Shown here one piece after another: positions 49,201-60,681 of a stretch of DNA of 64,000 nt. A program made the position numbers and the translations under genes. Positions within the stretch are counted from its first letter, which is position 1; each line of letters begins with the position of its first letter. This stretch comes from Meyerozyma guilliermondii (taxonomy: Eukaryota), in assembly GCA_051546255.1 (NCBI GenBank), contig CP128817.1, forward strand, positions 682,001 to 746,000. The letters run 5' to 3'. The notes beneath the pieces are model-generated. The model saw nothing but the letters and a program-made list of their open reading frames with translations, did not search any database and had not been told where the DNA came from.

Positions 49201-49981
49201 AGTCATCTTCCTCCTCCTTCTTTGCTCTCTTCATCTGCTCCATCTCTAGCTTTTTCCTCCAGCTGTACTTTTTCTTGGGCTGCAGCTTTTCTATCACTGG
49301 TAAGTTGGCAAATCCGAAACCTGAACCCGAGCCGCCAAATTTGGCAGGCCTGCTATCTATAAACGTTGACGTAGTGGTTCCAAAATCTCCAAACTTGTCA
49401 GTCTCATCTTCTTCATCTTCACTATCTTCCCGATTTTCTTCGTTATTCTGTCCAAATTCAGGAAAATCATCCTCCTTCACTTCTCGCTCTTCGTACAAGA
49501 TTTCTCTGGTGCGATCACTGGCTCGTCCTTGTCTCTCGAGTTCCAAAGCCTCTACCATTTCCTCTCTTCTCGTCTGCTTTCCAGTACCTAGAAGCTTAGA
49601 TGGTGCATATTGGGAGGTGTCGACTTTGGTATGGGATAATTTTTCAAGCAACACTTTCTTTTCCTCTCTCTTCACCTGATGGTCAATGTACTTGTCCAAC
49701 CTCTTTTTCTTCGCTCTGGACATCTTTGCCTCTTTTTCATTGACCAGGAATAATTGTTCTTGAAGCTTCCGTTTTCGCTCCAATTTCTCCTCGTCTGTCA
49801 TTGGCTTTAGTATTTCAGCATTTGGGTCATTTGCAACTGCTTCGGGTTTCTCATCTTCAACGTCATTAGATGTCTCCTCGGCACGAAAAAACTGTTTATT
49901 GCGAGCCTTCTTCAATGCAGCTTGCTTGGCAAGCATCCCGGATCGGGCCTTCTCATTGAATCTTTTTCGGTATTTACCCAT
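46235..49981 (-). CDS. ECM16: DEAH-box RNA helicase Dhr1/Ecm16 (SSU processome)
   Basis: MGKYRKRFNEKAR start (ATG 49981), GETGSGKTTQVPQFLYEAG, DEAHER, SAT, QRAGRAGR. Confidence 0.96.
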   Translation of the reverse strand: MGKYRKRFNEKARSGMLAKQAALKKARNKQFFRAEETSNDVEDEKPEAVANDPNAEILKPMTDEEKLERKRKLQEQLFLVNEKEAKMSRAKKKRLDKYIDHQVKREEKKVLLEKLSHTKVDTSQYAPSKLLGTGKQTRREEMVEALELERQGRASDRTREILYEEREVKEDDFPEFGQNNEENREDSEDEEDETDKFGDFGTTTSTFIDSRPAKFGGSGSGFGFANLPVIEKLQPKKKYSWRKKLEMEQMKRAKKEEEDDFVSTSESDDSQSQAEDSEESSEEDEEAEEEPEDEVENDSDPENENNSSSEKEEENSESESASEVSGDSEDMPRLIQNKPKHSKVAESFKEWAEEQVKKLEGRESVPLLPRVSEKVKQEYSKPQVREEDIDHSSDEEGYIPINKNLQRDAFFVTVDRPDSIQQLRMQLPVFNEEHRIMEAINHHDCIVICGETGSGKTTQVPQFLYEAGYGNSQSQHKGMIGITQPRRVAAVSMANRLGQELGNHGHRVGYQIRFDSTISNEGEPNGTAVKFMTDGVLLREIMADFMLTKYSAIIVDEAHERNINTDILIGLLSRLLKLRRQYHQKDPKKYSPLKLIIMSATLRVSDFSENTVLFKSPPPIIKVDARQYPVSVHFNKKTPFEYLDDAFNKACKIHRKLPPGGILIFLTSQAEITQTVKRLREEFPLKNASYKSIPKIRLSKDADAEAEEIDFSVGLNEKGVEEIEDDYNSDSEEEGFDEEREAHQTDNDPLYVLPLYSLLPTSEQMKVFQDPPAGARMCIVATNVAETSLTIPGIRYVIDSGRSKERKFNDETGVQSFEVDWISKASADQRAGRAGRTGPGHCYRLYSSAVYEDFFLQFSKPEILRMPVESVVLNMKSMGIDKIVNFPFPTPPDRVALKAAERLLVILGALDRETKAVTPTGKSMSIFPLSPRFAKILLIGDQAGCLPYIVALVSALSVGDPFIGQHEVHNDENPNESTLSKFRKSRAQFTQLDPASDALMLLSAVCAMDHIKPEKRKAFFETSYLRQKVMEEIEKLRYQVYHIVKSKTRKDSIAEQVVTKGEKLPVPSKTQIAAIKQMIASGFLDQISIRGDLADSDVKLTNKMNVINVPYSTVFPTAKYGDELEKGVFIHPNSVLTSTGKFPPPYLVYQSLNLSQNKIEGKLQKLRMKPLVDITPKQLANLAKNTPLITYSKPLGHPYAPKNITSTKRECYVVPRFGAAMGESGIGWDLPVIKVIQVKKNGAWVIEH

Positions 49982-50003
49982 ACCTCTACGACTTGACCGC
50001 GCT

Positions 50004-50020
50004 GCGATGAGCTTGATGAG
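50004..50020. promoter_or_regulatory. Tandem PAC elements upstream of the ribosome-biogenesis gene ECM16
   Basis: GCGATGAG 50004-50011 and GATGAG 50015-50020 within a 117-bp divergent promoter. Confidence 0.7.
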
Positions 50021-50098
50021 CTTCTCGATATCGCGTTCCTGCAGATTAACAGGGGTATTTGGTGGGGAGAGCGAGTGCGTTACAACTGTCAATTTGTT

Positions 50099-50970
50099 AT
50101 GCATCCAAGCGAGGTTCAAAAGCATTGTAAGTACCTTTATGATTATGTTTCTTGATATGTGAAACTAACCCAGTGATATATGCTACCTTATCACTTAATA
50201 GCACCACTTTGTATACGTATGAGAACTATCAATTACTCCATACACTCAATAACCTCAACTGTTCTGAGATTGTATCGCAAGAATTAGGGTCTATAAACGT
50301 TTCGAGGACACTTGTGGGAAGCATACCGATTTCCACCAGCCCGAGAGTAACGAACACACAATTAGCACTTTATTTCTTGAAAAAATCAATCCATAATGAA
50401 GACGGAAGTAATGATTTAGCAACCATTATTTGCATTGGTCATGTCAACGTGAACCAGACGTTGGTGTTATCGATCATGAAGAAGATCATGGACAAGTACA
50501 TTGAGTTTCGGAGCGATAAGACAAGTCTGACACCTACAGATAAGGCTCGTTTGGGAGAATTCAAATTGTATATGAACCAAATTATAAAGTTTGAAGAGAT
50601 GAATTATGACTCCAACCTGAGAATCTACAGCTACGGAGCAACAGACCAGCGAGATGATGACGGAAGTGGCGAAATAATTGGACCCAATCAACTAGTATTG
50701 GCAACCGAAGAAACCCAAGAAGTGCGACAGTTGATGTTGGAAAACATCAACAAAATCATGCATAGGGGAGACAAGATCAACTCGCTAGTCAATCAAACAG
50801 ATCGTTTGACGAACTCTTCTGCGGTGTTTCAGAGGAAAGCGCAACAAATACATAGAAAGATGTGGCTCCAAAATAAGAAACTCTGGCTAGCCATTGGTGG
50901 TACCGGAGCATTGACAGTCTACATTATAGCCAGCTACAATTGCGGTATGGGACTAACGCACTGTCTTTGA
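50099..50970 (+). CDS. NYV1: Vacuolar R-SNARE Nyv1; join(50099..50126,50174..50970)
   Basis: Longin-like N-terminus, synaptobrevin coil VRQLMLENINKIMHRGDKINSL, C-terminal TM; splicing gives MHPSEVQKHLIYATLSL... and supplies the missing ATG. Confidence 0.88.
50127..50173 (+). other. Spliceosomal intron, 47 nt, phase 1 (NYV1)
   Basis: GTAAGT donor, AACTAAC branchpoint 50163-50169, CAG acceptor; restores the frame. Confidence 0.85.
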
Positions 50971-51013
50971 TGTATAGTATTGAAGCTCAAGCAATTTGTG
51001 CAATTGTATGACC

Positions 51014-51718
51014 CTAAATCTCCTCATCCTCGCTTTCTCTTTCCTGAGTTTCAGCCTCTGCTCCCCCAAGTTCCTGTTCTTCATCGCCCAAAATTTCAAT
51101 GGGATTTCGTGACTGTTCATCATCGCTTTCTTCTGCATTGGCAACCCCTTCTGCCATTTCAGTGTCTTCCTTTTTATCGTCGTTTTCATCTACATCAGCA
51201 TCCAGTTCTTCCTCGTTGTCAGAATCCACATTTTTCTTTGGAATAGCAGCCTCACTATTATCCTTCTGTCTTTTTGCTGTGGTCTCGTCTTCTCCCTCCG
51301 TAGCTGCGTTAGCGGCATTTTCCTCCTTTTCTTCCTTCTTCTTGGCCTTACGTATAGCTTGTGCCAGTTCAAAGTTCGCCAAACGATCTCTTACTTCGGG
51401 TATAAAACCTGTAAATTCTGCTCTCTCGAGTGCTCCCATGATATCTTGGGAGTTAATTCCTTTCCTATCTTGCTCCTTGGAGATTTGTCTGGCGTGAAAC
51501 ATGACATTGGAAACGAAAACTGTCGCCGATCGTTGAAGAGCCAAAAGGGCATCTTTCGCCATAAGCATGTTGGATTCGTTGTCGTTGATCATCAGCTTGG
51601 CAAGCTTTTGAATTGTGGATCTGGGGAACAATAAATCATCAATAGACACTGGGGTATCTTCTTTGGGTGGTTCTGGATACTGGCCATCGGCGTTCTTTCT
51701 CCAACCTTTTGGAGGCAT
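51014..51718 (-). CDS. DPB4: Histone-fold subunit of DNA polymerase epsilon/ISW2, Dpb4
   Basis: MPPKGWRK...IDDLLFPRSTIQKLAK...ALQRSATVFVS; acidic tail. Confidence 0.95.
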   Translation of the reverse strand: MPPKGWRKNADGQYPEPPKEDTPVSIDDLLFPRSTIQKLAKLMINDNESNMLMAKDALLALQRSATVFVSNVMFHARQISKEQDRKGINSQDIMGALERAEFTGFIPEVRDRLANFELAQAIRKAKKKEEKEENAANAATEGEDETTAKRQKDNSEAAIPKKNVDSDNEEELDADVDENDDKKEDTEMAEGVANAEESDDEQSRNPIEILGDEEQELGGAEAETQERESEDEEI

Positions 51719-51735
51719 TTTGATTTGTTATTAAG

Positions 51736-51767
51736 AGTATGAAGGTCTAGTATGAAGGTTTAGTATG
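51736..51767 (+). repeat. 13-bp tandem repeat AGTATGAAGGT(C/T)T x2.5 just upstream of DPB4
   Basis: agtatgaaggtct agtatgaaggttt agtatg. Confidence 0.8.
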
Positions 51768-51886
51768 TGGAATAGCCTTGATTTGGTGCAATACCTTGGA
51801 TATAATGTAATACGTTCAACTAGTTTGTCTACACGTCTCAATATTTGCACGTCTCAATTATTTAATTTCGCGATCGTTCATCTTCT

Positions 51887-52957
51887 ATGGAGGATGGTGG
51901 TCAGGTTCCATTGGTTGAAAATGGGTCTAAAGTGCCCAAATCACGTCTTAGGGCACTGAAAAATGACTTCTATGGCATAGTGGACTTCAGAAATATCGAC
52001 AAGGTGACATTGGGCAATTATGAGTTCCACACTTGGTATGGGAACACGGCCTATTTTTCAAGAGCAAATAATAGCCATCCAGAATTGGGTATTAATACTT
52101 TAGTACCGAGGAAAAAACATTTGGGTGGTGACCCAACATCGGACTTTTGGCTTAAAACACTCCATGTTTGTGAATATTGCTTCAAATATTGTGCTGAAAA
52201 ATCAAGTATGAGTTCCCACCGGCTGGTTTGTACAAAAAATACTCCATTTCCTCAAACCGGCCGCCTTGTATATAGGGATCCCATCTCCAAGTACGTGATA
52301 AAACAAGTACGAGGGTACCGACATCAGTTGTTTTGCCAAAACTTGTGTCTTTTTGCCAAACTATTTCTTGACGATAAATCGGTCTATTATAACGTTGATG
52401 CCTATGAATTTTTCATTATTTACGGCCATCCAGATACAGGCTCGGAAATAGACCGAAACATGGTTCCTATGGGCTACTTTTCTCATGAATTGGGAGCTTG
52501 GGACAACGATAATAATCTAGCTTGCATCTGTGTGTTTCCACCATTTCAAAATCGACGGCTTGGAACACTTCTTATAGACCTTCTGTATGAGGTTCCGCGA
52601 GCCCACGGCCAATCAGAACCAACTGGACCGGAATATCCACTCCTGCCGTTTGGAAGGGCTACTTATCTACGTTACTGGGCCAAGCGACTAGCGCACATTC
52701 TCCTGTGCTCTTTACAACGAAAGACACTGTTCACACTACAAGACTTATCTGATCTCACTGGATTTCGAAAAGAAGATATACTATTGACATTGGAGTTCAT
52801 GCAAGTACTTGGCAAGAAAGTTGTGCTGCAAAATGGTGAAGAAGAAGGTTGCAAACCCGTTCTTCTGCTTGAAAATCTCCGCCAATGGTGTGTGAGAAAC
52901 AGGGTGGAAACGAGTCAGGACATGAGAATGCTCAATCCCGACTACTTGGTGCTATGA
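51887..52957 (+). CDS. SAS2: MYST-family histone acetyltransferase Sas2
   Basis: TWYG, C2HC finger VCEYCFKY...H...C, FCQNLCLFAKLFLDDKSVYY, NNLACI..FPPFQ...LG, GPE.PL(S)PFG. Confidence 0.92.
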   Translation: MEDGGQVPLVENGSKVPKSRLRALKNDFYGIVDFRNIDKVTLGNYEFHTWYGNTAYFSRANNSHPELGINTLVPRKKHLGGDPTSDFWLKTLHVCEYCFKYCAEKSSMSSHRLVCTKNTPFPQTGRLVYRDPISKYVIKQVRGYRHQLFCQNLCLFAKLFLDDKSVYYNVDAYEFFIIYGHPDTGSEIDRNMVPMGYFSHELGAWDNDNNLACICVFPPFQNRRLGTLLIDLLYEVPRAHGQSEPTGPEYPLLPFGRATYLRYWAKRLAHILLCSLQRKTLFTLQDLSDLTGFRKEDILLTLEFMQVLGKKVVLQNGEEEGCKPVLLLENLRQWCVRNRVETSQDMRMLNPDYLVL

Positions 52958-53065
52958 GGTATTTCCTAGTGTTAATTATATTGAAGCACTCTCTACACTG
53001 TACTATATACCGAACGACCTCATCTGCTCAATAATTCGCGTAGAGAGATCGAGCTTCAATGAACC

Positions 53066-56000
53066 ATGGTGGCAAAAAAGCGCTTTTTTGTGCCTTCTGA
53101 CTCCCTGAGAGACCTGGAAAGCACACATATCAAGTCTGAACTGTCCAAAGAGCTGGCCTTGTTTGTACCAGATGACGAAGATGACGAAGACAAACCAAAC
53201 TTATCATCAAGCAACATCGAACCGCGCCAACCTGAAACTATAAATTTGGATTCCGATGACGAAACCAAGCCAAAAACAAGCCAAAGAGATAATAATAACT
53301 TGCATCCATCCATACTATATCCAGCATTCGAAAGAAGCATAATTTCCATCCTTGGAAATATCCCATCAAAGAAGATACGACAGCTATATTCAGCATTTTC
53401 ATTTCAAAAAGATCCTGTAAGTTTGGCAATTGACCGATACTTCTCCGATGCAGAAGGTGCTAGAACTCCATCCCAAGAGCATGAATCAACGGTAGAAAAG
53501 AAGAGGCAACTGCCGTTACCATTAACTCCAGTGGCCGCAAATCGGTCGAATGTACAAACAGAAATTACGTCTGAAACCAAAGATCCTCTTAAACGACATA
53601 TAGGTAGTCTCACTGTTTATGCGTGGGCTACTCGTCCAACTATGAGGCCGCTTTCCCGTTTTCAAAAGTTGCAACTTAAGAGGTTGATTCCACGAAAACT
53701 TACTGGTGTGAAAAAGTCACCTTCAAAGTTCGGAGATACTGCGGTTATTCGATTGCTTACGGTACCGGAACTGGCTAACGTAGATGGCCGTGAGATAGGT
53801 CGTTTACCGGAAGATTTGACGAGAATCTTTGCTCCTTTACTTGACCTCGAAGTTGCCTGCTTTGAGGCAACTGTTGTCCTAGATACAACACGCCGCCTAT
53901 CTGTTGGTGACTCTTTCTGTGTTCAAGTAGACTGTTTTCTAACGGAAAATGCTTTCGAATCATCGATCGCTGCCTCTCTTAATAGTGGTCTCACCAAGAA
54001 AAGAAAGATAGACCAAAGCACAAGGTTCAATTTCGCTACTGAAACAGAATCGGAATCTGTTCTCAGACTCCGTCAGACTTCACTTTCACGGCTATTTGAT
54101 AAGTTGGGTATAGTGCCCTTTGTTTTGGATGACGAAGAACGAGAAGGTGAGGAGCCTAACAGTTCTCAATCGCTCTCGACCATTCCTGACCAATTAAGCT
54201 TGGACCAGTTGAAGCAATTCTACAAGTCCAATCAGCACTCTAAGCTATTGGATAGTCTTCCAAGTACAACACGGCCCTCGTCCTCCAATTTTCAAGTTGA
54301 GCTACGTAAGTATCAAAGACATGGTCTTTCATGGATGCTAGCTCGTGAAAAAGAGCTTGGGTTGCTCGAACAGCTCTCCCTGTTAGACATGGGTGATGCT
54401 CTCTCTACCCAGTCCAGAGAAACCATTCAACAGAGTAACGACGGAATAATGAATCCTTTATGGAAAAGCTTCAAATGGCCGCCGGACAGGTCCATCAACA
54501 AATCTTCCTCGGTACCGCAAGTTCTTTCCGGTGAGTATTTCTACGCCAATTTGTATAGCGGGGAGCTTTCGATGGCCAAACCAATGATAAAGAATGCAGT
54601 TCGTGGAGGCATACTCGCTGATGAAATGGGTTTGGGAAAGACCATATCTGCCCTTGCACTAGTTTCTGCCTGCCCGTATGACACAGAAATAGACCAATCA
54701 AGAGGGAGCCCTGATTCTCGAAACTATGCTTCACAGACCACGCTTGTGGTTGTTCCTATGTCGTTGTTGACTCAATGGCATAAAGAATTTTTGAAGGTGA
54801 ACGCCAATAAAAACCACAAATGTCTCATTTATTATGGAGACCAGACGAGTGTTAATCTTTCAACCAAGCTTTGCAATATAAGGAAAGAAATTCCAGTGGT
54901 TATTTTGACCACTTACGGCACCCTCTTGAACGAATACCAAAGCATTGTTTCTCGATCTATCGAAGTGGAAGGCAAGCAGCAATTGCCAAGGGAAGGTTTA
55001 TTTTCAGTGAAATTCTTTCGAGTTATTCTTGATGAAGGTCACAACATCCGTAATAGAACCGCCAAAACATCTAAAGCAGTGTATGCCTTACGCCTGTCAA
55101 GACGCTGGGTGTTAACTGGAACTCCAGTGATCAATAGATTGGACGACATGTACTCGTTGGTCAAGTTTTTGGAACTCGAACCATGGTCAAATTTTTCGTA
55201 TTGGAAAACTTTTGTTACTGAGCCATTCGAGCAAAGGAAAATAAAGCAAACAATAGATGTGGTGAAATCCATCTTGGATCCAATTCTACTTCGAAGGACC
55301 AAGAATATGAGAGTGGACGGAGAACTTCTTGTAGAACTTCCAGAAAAGGAGGTGTCAATCCAAGAAGTTACCTTTAACGAAAGGGAAAGGCAGTTGTATG
55401 ATTGGTTCCGAGTTCGTGCCTCAAGAGTTTTCAAAGAAGGACTAAAATCTGGAGACCTTCTTCGTCGATATACCCAAATACTTACCCAGATTTTAAGACT
55501 TCGTCAAATATGTTGTCACATGGACTTGGTGGGCTCGCTTCAGCAAGACTTTGACGAGGAGGTCGCTAATGGAGAAGAGGATTTGAAAAGCGAGTTAGAT
55601 CAATTTAACCAGACTGCGAAACCTGAGCAACAAGACCTGTTCAAAACGGAGACAGAGGTAAAGGATGTTCTTTATCCGCTTTACCAGAGTTTCACCTTGG
55701 AAACTTCGGAGTGCTCCATCTGTACTCAGTCTCCTATTTCAATTGGCGAGTTGACATTGACTACCTGCGGCCACACATTTTGCCTCAAATGTATATTGGA
55801 GCATATTGCATTTCAACAAAGACTATCCCAGCCTATCAAATGCCCTAATTGTCGAGCTTCCATTTCAAAGCATAAGCTCTTCAAATTGAGGAATAAAATC
55901 ACAACTAAAAAAGATATTCTTTTCCATAATCCAACGCTTACGATAACAAAAGATCAATTTGAGTATGAAATCTTCCACTATGATCCTGACAATGGTTCCT

Positions 56001-56533
56001 CAAAGATACAAGCTCTTATATTACACTTGCAGCAAATTCAAGAACAAAGTCCTGGAGAAAGGGTTGTTGTTTTCTCTCAATTCTCTTCATATTTGGATCT
56101 CATTGAAAATGAACTTAAAGTTCAGGGAAGTGATATATTTCACGTTGTCAAGTTTGATGGAAGGTTGAAAATGCACGAGAGAAACCAGTTGATCGAATCG
56201 TTCAACAATGATGATACTAGTCCACGAGTCTCAATTTTACTATTGTCTTTGAAAGCAGGTGGTGTTGGACTTAATTTAACATCTGCTTCACGAGCATTCA
56301 TGATGGATCCTTGGTGGTCGCCCAGTGTGGAGGACCAAGCTATTGACCGGATTCATAGAATTGGCCAAGTGAGAAACGTCAAGGTGACCCGGTTCATCAT
56401 CCAGGAGAGTATTGAAGAGAAGATGCTTAAAATTCAAGAGAGAAAAAAGCAGATAGGAGAAGCTGTGGGCGCCGATGAACAAGAAAGACAGAAACGGAGA
56501 ATTGAGGAAATACAAATTTTATTCGAGGATTAG
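53066..56533 (+). CDS. RAD5: Rad5 SNF2-family helicase / RING E3 ligase
   Basis: HIRAN region (REIGRLPED), GGILADEMGLGKT, DEGH, RING CSIC...CGHTFCLKC...CPNC, QAIDRIHRIGQ, terminal RRIEEIQILF. Confidence 0.97.
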   Translation: MVAKKRFFVPSDSLRDLESTHIKSELSKELALFVPDDEDDEDKPNLSSSNIEPRQPETINLDSDDETKPKTSQRDNNNLHPSILYPAFERSIISILGNIPSKKIRQLYSAFSFQKDPVSLAIDRYFSDAEGARTPSQEHESTVEKKRQLPLPLTPVAANRSNVQTEITSETKDPLKRHIGSLTVYAWATRPTMRPLSRFQKLQLKRLIPRKLTGVKKSPSKFGDTAVIRLLTVPELANVDGREIGRLPEDLTRIFAPLLDLEVACFEATVVLDTTRRLSVGDSFCVQVDCFLTENAFESSIAASLNSGLTKKRKIDQSTRFNFATETESESVLRLRQTSLSRLFDKLGIVPFVLDDEEREGEEPNSSQSLSTIPDQLSLDQLKQFYKSNQHSKLLDSLPSTTRPSSSNFQVELRKYQRHGLSWMLAREKELGLLEQLSLLDMGDALSTQSRETIQQSNDGIMNPLWKSFKWPPDRSINKSSSVPQVLSGEYFYANLYSGELSMAKPMIKNAVRGGILADEMGLGKTISALALVSACPYDTEIDQSRGSPDSRNYASQTTLVVVPMSLLTQWHKEFLKVNANKNHKCLIYYGDQTSVNLSTKLCNIRKEIPVVILTTYGTLLNEYQSIVSRSIEVEGKQQLPREGLFSVKFFRVILDEGHNIRNRTAKTSKAVYALRLSRRWVLTGTPVINRLDDMYSLVKFLELEPWSNFSYWKTFVTEPFEQRKIKQTIDVVKSILDPILLRRTKNMRVDGELLVELPEKEVSIQEVTFNERERQLYDWFRVRASRVFKEGLKSGDLLRRYTQILTQILRLRQICCHMDLVGSLQQDFDEEVANGEEDLKSELDQFNQTAKPEQQDLFKTETEVKDVLYPLYQSFTLETSECSICTQSPISIGELTLTTCGHTFCLKCILEHIAFQQRLSQPIKCPNCRASISKHKLFKLRNKITTKKDILFHNPTLTITKDQFEYEIFHYDPDNGSSKIQALILHLQQIQEQSPGERVVVFSQFSSYLDLIENELKVQGSDIFHVVKFDGRLKMHERNQLIESFNNDDTSPRVSILLLSLKAGGVGLNLTSASRAFMMDPWWSPSVEDQAIDRIHRIGQVRNVKVTRFIIQESIEEKMLKIQERKKQIGEAVGADEQERQKRRIEEIQILFED

Positions 56534-56584
56534 GTTTAGCATAGATGAATAATTATTGCATCACTATTTACGACAGACAAGTAT

Positions 56585-57840
<1,256 letters not shown>

Positions 57841-58074
57841 TTTGTAGTAACTGCAAAAAGAGTTTTTTGTCAAGACCCTCGTGCGCCGTGCGATTTTTCA
57901 GTTTTGGTGACACAATCTCACTAGTTGCAAAGTATTAGTATTAAGCCAATTAATTATATAGAACTATGTGGGTGAATTCTTGCCGTTCGTGTAGCGTTTT
58001 GCTGTTGCCATATAAGTGACATTGGCATTTTGGACTAAAGTTCAGTTAGAGCATCATTTTTCAACTTCACCTCT

Positions 58075-58083
58075 ATGACTCAT
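58075..58083. promoter_or_regulatory. Gcn4 response element ATGACTCAT upstream of ARO3
   Basis: Perfect consensus about 235 bp upstream of the ARO3 ATG; amino-acid biosynthetic genes are classic Gcn4 targets. Confidence 0.75.
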
Positions 58084-58224
58084 TCCTAATTGGGAGCACC
58101 TAAAACTCTCCATAAGGGCTTAGGGACTTGAGGAATCCCGCAAGATACACCCAAGATGAGTTGAGCGTAATTTCTATTCATTCTGGCACCTGGATGTAAG
58201 CATGTTTCAAAACATTTTTATTGG

Positions 58225-60549
58225 CTAATGGGCGATTTTCTCAAAGAAGTACAAGTATCCATTGGCACCCACTTCTTTCATGCTAGATTCGTCACAGAGA
58301 ACCACCTTTTCGTCGTTGAAAAGGACCCACCTTTCTTGGTTATCGATGTTGAGACGAATGTATGCAACGTAGTGGCCGGTGTGAGGAGATGAACCTTTAT
58401 GACAAACGATAGCTTTGAGCTTGTAATTACCACCTGTAGCTGGTGCCAGAGTCAATTTTTCCATTAACGACAGTCTTGCCTCGGCTGTAGATTTAGTTCT
58501 GTCGACTTCGATGACTCCGTCATCATCTGGGTTACTGAAAAGCCATTCTACCGCAGCGTTAACATCGCCTTTGGATAAAATGAGTGCTTTTCGAGAAACT
58601 TGACTTGAAAATCCCATCGCTCCTAAGGATGCAATAGCTTCATTTGAAGGCTCATTGGACTCTTTCGACTCGGAAACCTCAAGCGGAGCATCGATGTCTG
58701 CATCCTCGAGATGCTCAAAGAGCCAATTCATTGCATCCTCGGCTGATTTATTGCCTGTATTGTAAAGTGCTTTGGCCGCTCGATTGTGAGGAAAGCCCAT
58801 ACTAGATAACATTTCCATGGCATCTGGATTGGGTTCGAATGTTGTGCTGTTTGTTTTAGTAAACTCTTGCTCGCCATCTTCGAGTATTGGGGCACCAAAA
58901 GAACTCAAATCAATCACATCGGGCACCTGAAGTTCCACATCCACTTTAACGGGCACCCAGTTCTTCAACTGAATTCGTCTTGCATTCAACACCAAAGATT
59001 GTGGATAAGTTTTAAAACCACTTGATTTGAATGCAACAGTTTTCTCTTTACATTCATCACATTGATAATCTTCAACTGCCTCAACCGCAAAGTAGTCCTC
59101 TATCTTCTCTAGTATATCCACCTTTTCGGTATCGCTAGTATTTTCATCGACAATGGGCACCGATAAGCTATCAACAAGTTCGCTGTCTATCCGTCCTTTG
59201 TTGCACTTGGAACAGAGGATCTTGTTATCAAGAACAAACTTCAAGCCTTCATTAAGTGCTAAGCCAACTTCATTGTCGATCTTATCGAGCAAATGCAAAT
59301 AAAACTCGTATGCATCTTGTTGTCGTTGCGTTTGAAATTCAGGGTGGTTTTCACCTATTAAATGCTTAAAAGTTGATGGTTTGATTCCCGCTTGGTATAC
59401 ATCTCCAGAGAGTTGAGATGGCACCGAATATCTGCTAGAATAAAGCCCATCATACATCTTGACAAGTTGACAGCATACGTCCCTCGACGGATCTTTCACA
59501 CGCTTGAAGGGCGGAAACGTCTTGTTCTCAAAGTATGACTTGTAGTCGTTAAGGCTGAATAACGACTGGACGACAGAGTTCAAGTAACACAGGTTTCCAA
59601 GGTTCTTCATGCCGGTTAACCCGGAGCCGAATACAGGCTGCAACTTTTCTCCATTGGCGCCGTCGAGTTTGAAATCCCAGTTCAAGTTCTGATCAAGGTT
59701 AATTTCAACTAGACTCTTTTCTGTCTTGACCGCTTTCGAAACGTCGATATCAAACTTTAACAAGCATGCTGAAACGTTAGGAACCTTGACTTCATCGTTA
59801 CATTTGTAGCAATAAGAGTCGCAGATTTCAGAGCCGGCAGCCGATAGAGAGCCAAGCTTTACCGCTACTGGATGGCCAGTGAGTTCGTAGTGTGCCAATG
59901 CATGGGAATTGCCAGGAATGGACGAGCCAAATTGTTCTCTACCGCAACCAATGGAACCACAGTGGAGACATATCCACAAGTTTTGTTTCAAGTCACAAGC
60001 ACCACATTTAGAGAGATCTGGTGGCGAGTCTGTGACGGTTTGTTGAATGTCACAAGAATGTGTACAAGGGAAAATTTCCTGTTCCCATGCCTTGATTTCT
60101 TCGCTCCGAGTAGACGAGTTTGCATTCATGATTTCGTCAACTTTCAGCTGAAGACCTTCAGAAACTTCAGACATGTTACATTTCAAGTCACACAAGGCAC
60201 AATATATAGATGTTAGCGTATTGTAATTGTCGTCTTCCTGTGAGTCTGTGATCATGAGTTTAGCCATTTTAACGCTGCGTTCTCCATCGGATTTCCTCTT
60301 TCTTTCGTCTTCCGGCTTCAACTCCTTGACTAGATTGAGGTAGATCTGATGGTGGGTACTGTTTACATGCAATTCTGTGTGATTTAATGGTCCACGAGAG
60401 AATGACTGGTAGCACTCGAGACATATATCTATACCCTTGGGGCAATTTTCTGGTGTATCGAAGCAGTACATACAATCATCCTTGTGCACCTGAGTGCCAG
60501 GAGTCAATTTTTGGATAGGGAATGTGGAAATGTGGTCGCAACAGGTCAT
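58225..60549 (-). CDS. UBP14: Ubiquitin-specific protease Ubp14 (USP5/isopeptidase T)
   Basis: ZnF-UBP (NLWICLHCGSIGCGR...GNSHALAHY), Cys box GMKNLGN(S)CYLNS, two UBA domains (MGF), His box CHKGSSPHTGHYVAY; ATG 60549 (upstream ATG at 60630 possible). Confidence 0.95.
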   Translation of the reverse strand: MTCCDHISTFPIQKLTPGTQVHKDDCMYCFDTPENCPKGIDICLECYQSFSRGPLNHTELHVNSTHHQIYLNLVKELKPEDERKRKSDGERSVKMAKLMITDSQEDDNYNTLTSIYCALCDLKCNMSEVSEGLQLKVDEIMNANSSTRSEEIKAWEQEIFPCTHSCDIQQTVTDSPPDLSKCGACDLKQNLWICLHCGSIGCGREQFGSSIPGNSHALAHYELTGHPVAVKLGSLSAAGSEICDSYCYKCNDEVKVPNVSACLLKFDIDVSKAVKTEKSLVEINLDQNLNWDFKLDGANGEKLQPVFGSGLTGMKNLGNLCYLNSVVQSLFSLNDYKSYFENKTFPPFKRVKDPSRDVCCQLVKMYDGLYSSRYSVPSQLSGDVYQAGIKPSTFKHLIGENHPEFQTQRQQDAYEFYLHLLDKIDNEVGLALNEGLKFVLDNKILCSKCNKGRIDSELVDSLSVPIVDENTSDTEKVDILEKIEDYFAVEAVEDYQCDECKEKTVAFKSSGFKTYPQSLVLNARRIQLKNWVPVKVDVELQVPDVIDLSSFGAPILEDGEQEFTKTNSTTFEPNPDAMEMLSSMGFPHNRAAKALYNTGNKSAEDAMNWLFEHLEDADIDAPLEVSESKESNEPSNEAIASLGAMGFSSQVSRKALILSKGDVNAAVEWLFSNPDDDGVIEVDRTKSTAEARLSLMEKLTLAPATGGNYKLKAIVCHKGSSPHTGHYVAYIRLNIDNQERWVLFNDEKVVLCDESSMKEVGANGYLYFFEKIAH

Positions 60550-60681
60550 GGTAATGGCAGCAATGGCGTACTGGTTAAAGATCTGAGATTGAGAAATTAA
60601 GATTCCTGGTGCAGGACGGTGCCGCAGCATGCAGCGCTCGCAATTGCAAAACTGATTTAGCTGTTAAGTTTGAGTGATAGA

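Noticed and set aside
48774..49679. Ser-rich antisense ORFs over ECM16 (similar ones over DPB4 and STB2)
   Set aside because: Mirror images of acidic GAA/GAT-rich or His-repeat coding sequence on the opposite strand.
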